From an uncultured Verrucomicrobiae bacterium (GTDB lineage: Bacteria; Verrucomicrobiota; Verrucomicrobiia; Limisphaerales; Palsa-1400): a DNA stretch of 64,000 bases. Of this stretch, positions 62,093-64,000 are shown piece by piece. Within the stretch, counting starts at the first letter, position 1. Every line of letters starts with the position of its first letter. The translations under genes and the position numbers were made by a program. The stretch is from assembly GCA_963702845.1 (NCBI GenBank), contig OY969763.1, positions 992,001-1,056,000 of the forward strand, given 5' to 3'. The notes under the pieces were generated by a model, which was given only the letters and a program-made list of their open reading frames with translations, was not told the origin of the DNA and made no database searches.

Positions 62093-63817
62093 ATGACGCA
62101 GCCCCAAATACAGGACAGCAAGCAGTTGCTCGACGCGATGGTTAAGCGCAAGCAACTCTCTGCGCTCGATTCCGGCGCGTGGGAAAAATACGCGCGCTCC
62201 GGCCCCCGGCCGCTCGAATCTAACGAAGAAAACGTCTTGCGTTGGTTGGCTAAAGAGTACGATTTATCTTTCACCACGCTGGATGACGTCGAGCCGGATA
62301 AAGAACTGCTTTCATTATTTCCCGCGCGCGTTTTATTGAAGGAAGAACTTCTCCCGCTCGCACGCGTGAATGGCACCGTTGAAGTGGCGACGAGTCGTTT
62401 ATTTGCCACGCAAGGGCTCGACGCTTTGCGTAGTTTGACTGGTCTGAAGATTCGTCCAGTCCTCGCGCCCAGTGAAGCAATTTTGCGCGAGATGAAAAAG
62501 CGCCTGGGCGTCGGCGCTGACACGATTGATACGTTGGGCGACGAAGCCGGCCTGCAAGTTGTGGACGAATCGGGCGAGGACGATGGGAACCTCGACGGTG
62601 GCGAAGACGATGCTTCGATTATCCGTTTTGTTAACCAGGTTCTTCAAGACGCGATCGAATTGCGCGCGTCGGATATTCATTTGGAACCGTTCCAAGACGA
62701 ACTGCGCATTCGCTATCGTATCGACGGCGTGCTCCAGGAAGTTCCCGTTCCATCGCAAATCAAACGCTTTCAACCTGCCATTGTTTCGCGTGTAAAAATT
62801 CTGAGTCATTTGAACATCGCGGAAAAACGCTTGCCGCAAGACGGACGTATCAAGATCCGCGTGCAGGACAACGAGGTCGATATTCGTGTGTCGATCATTC
62901 CGATGCTTCACGGTGAAGCGGTCGTTATGCGTTTGCTGCGCCAGAACGCCACGTTGCGCGGCATGGAAGAACTCGGACTTGATCCGCGCGAACTAAAATC
63001 TTTCCGCCGCGTCCTCGAACTCCCGCACGGGATCATCCTCGTTACAGGTCCGACCGGTAGCGGCAAAACATCGACGCTTTACACCGCGCTCAATGAAATC
63101 AATGACGCGGAGCGCAAGATCATTACCATCGAAGACCCGATTGAATATCAACTCAGGGGCATCAATCAGATTCAGGTTTCTGAAAAGGCAGGGCTGACTT
63201 TCGCTCGTGGATTGAGGTCCATTTTGCGTCATGATCCTGATGTCGTTCTGATCGGTGAAATTCGCGACCAGGAAACCGCGCAGATTGCGGTGCAGGCTTC
63301 GCTGACGGGTCACTTGGTTTTTTCGACGCTGCACACAAACGATGCTCCCGGCGCTTTGACGCGCCTTGTGGATATGGGCGTTGAACCTTATCTGGTGGCA
63401 TCGTCGTTGGAAGCGGTGCTCGCGCAACGTCTCGTTCGCGTCCTTTGTCCGCACTGCAAGCAGGAAGACACATCGCCTGCAGCGCTGGCTCTGAAGACTC
63501 AAATCGGAATTCCGTTCAATACGCCAATTTATGCTGCCGTCGGATGTCGGGAATGCCGGCAGACCGGTTATCATGGACGCCGAGCTATTTTCGAGTGGAT
63601 GGATAGCAGCCCCGAAGTCCGGAAGCTCATTCTAAAAAACGCTTCGTCGGATCAATTGCGCGAAGCTGCGCAACGTGATGGCATGCGCTCGTTGGCCGAA
63701 GACGGCTGGCGTTTGGTGCGCGCGGGCATAACGACGGCGGAAGAAGTTTTGCGTGTGACCAAAGATCAATCGGTTGGCGATGGGATCGAAAAATCGGCCG
63801 CAGCGCCAGTTGCCTAA
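62093..63817 (+). CDS. gspE: type II secretion / type IV pilus ATPase GspE/PilB
   Basis: ASDIHLEP, EKRLPQDG, GPTGSGKT, TIEDPIEY, ILRHDPDV..IGEIRD, TGHLVFSTLHTN, CPHC/CREC. Confidence 0.93.
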   Translation: MTQPQIQDSKQLLDAMVKRKQLSALDSGAWEKYARSGPRPLESNEENVLRWLAKEYDLSFTTLDDVEPDKELLSLFPARVLLKEELLPLARVNGTVEVATSRLFATQGLDALRSLTGLKIRPVLAPSEAILREMKKRLGVGADTIDTLGDEAGLQVVDESGEDDGNLDGGEDDASIIRFVNQVLQDAIELRASDIHLEPFQDELRIRYRIDGVLQEVPVPSQIKRFQPAIVSRVKILSHLNIAEKRLPQDGRIKIRVQDNEVDIRVSIIPMLHGEAVVMRLLRQNATLRGMEELGLDPRELKSFRRVLELPHGIILVTGPTGSGKTSTLYTALNEINDAERKIITIEDPIEYQLRGINQIQVSEKAGLTFARGLRSILRHDPDVVLIGEIRDQETAQIAVQASLTGHLVFSTLHTNDAPGALTRLVDMGVEPYLVASSLEAVLAQRLVRVLCPHCKQEDTSPAALALKTQIGIPFNTPIYAAVGCRECRQTGYHGRRAIFEWMDSSPEVRKLILKNASSDQLREAAQRDGMRSLAEDGWRLVRAGITTAEEVLRVTKDQSVGDGIEKSAAAPVA

Positions 63818-63820
63818 GCC

Positions 63821-64000
63821 ATGCCAACGTTCCAATACAGAGCGTTGCAAAACGACGGCAAGATCGCTACCGGCGAACTCGAAGCGGGCGGTCGCCAGGA
63901 AGCTTTTCGCCAAATGGAAGGACGTGGTCTGCGCCCGATCAGCCTTTCCGAGCGGCAGGGCAAGGCGAAAGCAAGTGGAAAACCGGCGACTGCCAAAATG
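63821..64000 (+). CDS. gspF: type II secretion system F family protein (5' partial)
   Basis: MPTFQYRAL..DG....GELEA....EA..Q....GL.P immediately after gspE. Confidence 0.75.
   Translation, partial: MPTFQYRALQNDGKIATGELEAGGRQEAFRQMEGRGLRPISLSERQGKAKASGKPATAKM

Overview
Bacterial genomic DNA, very likely a Verrucomicrobia subdivision-3 (Pedosphaera-like) genome. This is inferred from PVC-type CxxCH proteins, a TIGR02597-like domain, FYR-ending surface proteins and GTAG-type REPs. There are about 45 genes. They include a TPP riboswitch with thiC, a metal-homeostasis operon led by an RGPP-ending leader ORF, glcEF, transporters, sulfatase, ferritin, a DUF3570-ApbE-TlpA-DUF4266 flavinylation operon bracketed by two Ig surface proteins, a two-component pair, a BlaI/M56 pair, prmC-murA and a sigma54-driven T2SS (gspE/gspF) start. 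Several genes at 7-18 kb and 27 kb are broken by small indels, most likely assembly errors. No rRNA, tRNA, CRISPR array, integrase or transposase was seen. The most unusual signals are: (1) two paralogous promoter+boxA non-coding units at 30.8-33.3 kb built of 10-nt-period repeat modules; (2) a shared ~70-aa C-terminal domain on six unrelated secreted proteins; (3) a membrane protein carrying a ParB-like N-terminal peptide; (4) an M56 sensor fused to secretin-like domains; (5) a 37/40-identical leaderless promoter duplicated 10.8 kb apart. All family calls are from motif recognition by eye; no searches were run.
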